From Rhodosorus marinus CCMP1338 (lineage: Eukaryota > Plantae > Rhodophyta): DNA of 64,000 nucleotides. Position numbers and translations under genes: made by a program. How positions within the stretch are numbered: the first letter of the stretch is position 1; the number at the start of each line of letters is the position of its first letter. Below the pieces are notes generated by a model, which had not been told where the DNA came from, made no database searches, and saw nothing but the letters and a program-made list of their open reading frames with translations. The stretch is from NCBI GenBank assembly GCA_029953675.1, contig JAMWBK010000002.1, positions 1,426,001-1,490,000 of the forward strand. Reading direction: 5' to 3'. Positions 59,775 through 64,000 of the stretch are shown here, in pieces.

Positions 59775-60143
59775 CTACACGGACTGAGTCGCAAGGGTCA
59801 GAATCTTCAAGTTGTCTCGATTCTTTAAGAGCGTTTTCGAAACAAGGCCTTTGATCCTCGTCCCGATCGGGTTGCCGGTGGCGTTGACCAGCACGCACGC
59901 CGACTCACCGGGAATAAACCAAGACCCATCATACCTCGCCTTCTCATTCTTCGACCTAACAATCAAAGCCCGAACCACATCACCCTTCTGAATCTTACTC
60001 ACCCCCTTTGTGTCCCTCACCGACGCCACAATCGTATGCCCCGTCGAACCCATCGCCCGAGGCCCTCTCAAAACAGATATGCATCGAACAAACGTCACAC
60101 CAGTATTATCAATCACCTTCACGACAGTTCGTGACTGAACCAT
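59775..60143 (-). CDS. rpl14: Ribosomal protein uL14, bacterial type, most likely mitochondrial; intronless
   Basis: MVQSRTVVKVIDNTGV..CISV, IVASVR, KGDVVRALIVRSK, DG..ACVLVN..GNPIGTRIKG. ATG at 60143 with no long presequence. Confidence 0.9.
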   Translation of the reverse strand: MVQSRTVVKVIDNTGVTFVRCISVLRGPRAMGSTGHTIVASVRDTKGVSKIQKGDVVRALIVRSKNEKARYDGSWFIPGESACVLVNATGNPIGTRIKGLVSKTLLKNRDNLKILTLATQSV

Positions 60144-60947
60144 ATTGAAAAACAAAAAAGTCCACAACAATACTCCAGTAACAAAATTCCTTTAACCCTT
60201 TCACAACTCAACTACAAAACACTCCCTAACCCCATCCCTCCCTCCTCCTCACCAACCTGATTCCCTCAATGCCTTAATTCCAGTCTATTCATTCAATCCA
60301 TGTCGTCCCATAAAATGGGACAAAAACCCCATCCCTGTCCCATACCGTCCCACGAAGTGGGGCACCTACAAGCCGGAACCTCCTAGTAGTCCAAACCCGT
60401 CTTCAAGCATTGACATCTCGATTCATAAAACTTTCTTTTTTTTTCCCCGATCCTCCGTCGTGGAGCTCAATATTGTTTGTTTAATATTTTATTGTTTATA
60501 ATGGAAGTTTCCAGGTTTAGTTTTTTCATTGTTTTTTGATTGGTCTTCTTTTTTAGTGGGGTGTTTTCTTTTTTCGGAGGGGATGGCGGAAAAGCAGGTG
60601 GGAGAAATACAGGGGGAGGATGGATTTTGAGTAAAAAGGAGGGTATATTGGTGATGGGGAGGAAGGTAAGATGTGTGTTGGGAGGATGGATAGGGGCTAG
60701 TATAGGAAGGAGATGTAATTGTTTTTGTTTCTTAGGATTGGATGCTTAGCATACGTATATATGTATATAGTATTTGAAGAGTGAGATTTTGTGTTTTGTG
60801 TTATTTAGTTTGATTTTGGTAAGGTTGTTTGAGGTGGGTTTTTGGAAGAGGTTTTGTGTGTGTGTTGTGTGGCGTGGGGGGGTTTTGGGGGAGAGGAGGA
60901 GACGTTGAAATTTTTTCTTAGTGTTTGTGCGAACTGTTTGAAGAAAG

Positions 60948-61640
60948 ATGGGAAGAGGGAAGCAGCAGTCTCATCTGTTGGAGTTTTATGGCATTGACTG
61001 TGATCATTGTGTGGATATGGAGCCTTTGATCCAGAAGCTTCGTGAGGAGGAGGGTCTTGGAATACGGAGGTTTGAGGTATGTTGGCCTTTTGTGATGGTT
61101 ATTTCCTTTCTGACGTATAGTATTTATTGGCACTGCTGCTTTGTGGTGCTCTTCTAGTCTAATACCGACCTGTTTTTGACTATGTCTGTGCAGGTATGGT
61201 CCAATGAAGACAACTTCCGGGTGTTGCAGAGGTTGGATCAAGGAAGCGCTTGCGGAGGAGTACCGTACTTTTATAATAAGCATACTCGGGGATGGATTTG
61301 TGGAGCGACGACATACCAGAATTTTAGAAACTGGGCCTTAGGTTACAGCTACGAGAGGTTCTTGCCGCCGCCGAACGTGGAGGACAAGAAGGACGGGAAG
61401 AAGGCTTCTGCTCCGGGGATCATGGGGATTTTTGAGTCCGTAAAGAGCTTCTTCGAAACTGTGAAGACGGAAGGTCTTGATAGAATCCAAAAGCGAACGG
61501 AAGAGAAGGACAAGGACAAGGAGCCCGAGGAACCTAAGAAAAAGTCTACTCTCATTCAGAGGGGTGCGTTCGTCGCGCAAATGAGTGCGCCACACATGGC
61601 AACGGACTCTAGGCGGTGCAGAATGGATGCGTGGCACTAG
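60948..61640 (+). CDS. Thioredoxin-fold protein with CDHC active site; 2 exons
   Basis: LLEFYGIDCDHCVDMEPLIQKL..RRFE|VWSNEDN..CGGVPYFYN..WICGAT. Intron about 61057-61193 (gtatgt..gtgcag). Confidence 0.85.
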
Positions 61641-62036
61641 CGTATTCGCCCTCTCGCCTTGTGCTTTTTGAGATTGTCGCCATATCGTCAGGATGGAGAT
61701 CATGTACGCGTTGAGAAAGGTTGACTTGATATTAAAGATGAAAAGCAAAATCGCACTCTGTATCCACGCTCAGCAAGGTAACCGCAGGCCCGCAATACGA
61801 GCCTCGCTAAGGCAATGCGTATGATTGCTTCAATATGCAGATTTTATCCATGCTATAAACTTCAGAGTGACTAATTCTTCCTAAATCCTCAAAGAGGCTG
61901 AGCACTTCGTTTCCAAAGTCTCAAAGAGCCTCATCGTCCCGAAAGGGTTTCTTATCCACCCAATTAATTCCTAGCATACGCTTGATACTGAACACATCGG
62001 CATAGCAAACCCCCGTTTCCAGCAAGATCCAAAGAA

Positions 62037-62552
62037 TTAGATTCCGTGAACCTTGATGTTCTTCTTGCTTGCAAGCTTCTCGTTCACGATGAACTTCCTA
62101 ACGTTTTCACGTTGGTCGCCTTGCAGCTGAATAACTCTTCCCAATTCCTGGTCGTCAACTACACAACCGTTGCAGCAGAATTCCTTCTTGAATGCCTTGG
62201 TAAGCTTTTCCAGTTTAATCTTCTCGTCCAGTCTACAAAAAGCAACGAACGAACGGAAAAAGTTAGAAAAGAACAACGTTCGCACAGCTCCCCCCAATTC
62301 AAAACATATAACATTCAGAAGATCTCGGCACTCAAACACTACACCAGAGTGGCCCTCCCCCCCTCCAATCCCCCCCGCACAAAGAAGGCAAAAGGCTTGG
62401 TCCACTTACCCTTGTACGGTGGTCAAAGACTTGCGTCCGTTCCGCTGCTGCAAGCGGATATGCACGAGTCCTTTAGTTAAAACGTCGTCCCCACGCTCAG
62501 CCTCCGCAAAAGGGTCATTAGCTCCGGGCAAATTTAATTCAAGATCGTTCAT
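62037..62552 (-). CDS. eIF1: Translation initiation factor eIF1 (SUI1); 2 exons
   Basis: DPFAEA..VHIRLQQRNGRKSLTTVQG|L..KAFKKEFCCNG..VIQLQGDQR..IKVHG. Intron 62409-62233. Confidence 0.97.
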
Positions 62553-64000
62553 GAAGTTCTCAAAGGGCCGCTCTCTACTCGACTCCAAAAATACGTTTCT
62601 CAACTCTCCCTCAGCACGCAGCAAAAAAATCCCAAACTCTCCCCCACAAACTAAAGCAAATCGGAAAAACTTGTAATACGCAAAGTTCTCACACGTTACA
62701 CCTTCCTCGTCTCTCTCAAACGGCTCCGCGAAGTACTATCCACTTCGCCCGCGCTTTTATACGCATTCAGGCGTCATCACGTCATCAAGGACATATAACG
62801 CTGTTTTCATGAATTTCGACACATGAGCTCACCCCTCCAAAAACAATGAATAAATAAATTAAGGAGGAAACCAGGCCTTCCCTACTTGTCCAAGAATAAT
62901 CAACCCCTTAGACTAAACAGAAAAAAAAAATACTGAGATAAGAAGAACTTCGAACAAGAAGCAACCCCTGTAGAACATTCTGAGATGATGGATTCTGGTG
63001 ACAAAATTCTTCTTCAGGAATTTGATTCGGTGTTGTTTACCCCTAATCTACTCTTAACAATTCTTGTCGTCGAATTGTTTGAAAGGGGTCTGATGCAATC
63101 ATGGCCCATCGAGAACATTCCAAAGCTTGCTTACCCAGGGGATCGATCGATACCGGTGGTGTCTCATATTTCTTTTTTAGTGTAATAAAAAAGCTCGTAT
63201 GCGCATTGGATAGTTAATTGAATAGGGGTAAGAAAGTTCCACGAGAAAAACCTTGCCTAGCGCCTAGTGGGTAAGAGGGGTTTTGTGCATTTATGGTTTA
63301 TCAGGAGGCCTTTCTCGCGTTGAGTTCAGAGTGGGTCTCCTTTATTTTGATCATTCTATTTCTATTTTTTGGAGTTCACAACTTATTTGAATATTATCGA
63401 AGAATAATAGACAACTCCGTACACGAGGTGTTCTTCATTAACGATTTGGATGCCTAAAACTGTTCACACAAAGTTCAGAAAAACGTTAAAGGACTCCTAT
63501 CTAGGTGCGGGGTCCCGCTAAAACCCTATATGTAGTTGCAGAATAGTGTGCGTAGTACATGTACTATTGTACCAGATGTTTTCCAACCGAAGGTAGACGC
63601 ACACTAGGGACAATCGAACTTGCCAAATTTCTCCAAGCACGTAACGAATGGAAATCTACAGCTCTGCAGAAAGTTTTCCAATAGGTTAGGTTAATGAGCA
63701 AGACGAAATCGGACTCCGAATCGAAACTTGATCTTTGAAGGCCTTTTTTTAGAGTCTTCCTCGAAGCAAATCGACGGCTTTTAGCTTTACAACGCCGGTA
63801 CCACAATGGATATGTTCTAAATTTGAGCCTTTTTTGCAAATTTCTCCCCGCGATTCTGTCCGTCCGGGCTGTCCCCATGAACAGACCAGACCCCAGTGCC
63901 AAACACAAACATCCCCACTCGTTTCCAAAACGTATGGCTTAGGTTGCTGGATACTCGTTTCTCACTCTATCCGAAATGCTCAACGACTCGATATGCACGA

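Noticed and set aside
63564-63908. ORF with FHSLR, resembling the tyrosine-recombinase HxLR motif
   Set aside because: A single short motif, without the other catalytic residues.

Overview
Eukaryotic nuclear DNA, almost certainly from a red alga (inference). The evidence is compact genes with short GT-AG introns of roughly 60-220 nt, plastid transit peptides starting M-x-(G/S)-F (MVGFV, MIGFV, MTSF), and a Calvin-cycle-type SBPase. No prokaryotic systems, CRISPR arrays, rRNA or tRNA genes were seen. About 23 protein-coding genes are supported: WRAP73 (partial), a membrane-tethered bZIP, a mitochondrial carrier, SMPD4-like, serine dehydratase, an ABC1 kinase, HIS3/IGPD, a CANT1 apyrase, SBPase, a plastid atypical-SDR fusion, USP, cytosolic IleRS, a plastid-targeted clamp-loader delta-prime-like protein, NAP1, INTS4/SIEL-like, DUF2009, an AFG2-like AAA ATPase, a PiT phosphate transporter, NELF-B, GT34, uL14m, a thioredoxin-like protein and eIF1. 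Intergenic DNA holds Ty3/gypsy relics (including an inverted RNase H duplication), a 22-bp minisatellite island and a ~180-bp four-unit array. The most notable observations are: (1) a convincing NELF-B homologue, with an INTS4-like gene in the same window, pointing to Pol II pausing/termination machinery in a lineage whose land-plant relatives lack NELF; (2) a cyanobacterial-type HolB-like protein with a plastid transit peptide; (3) an SDR fused to an uncharacterised plastid-lineage domain; (4) an SBPase lacking a transit peptide. All family calls are from motif recognition by eye, with no database search, and exon boundaries were inferred manually.
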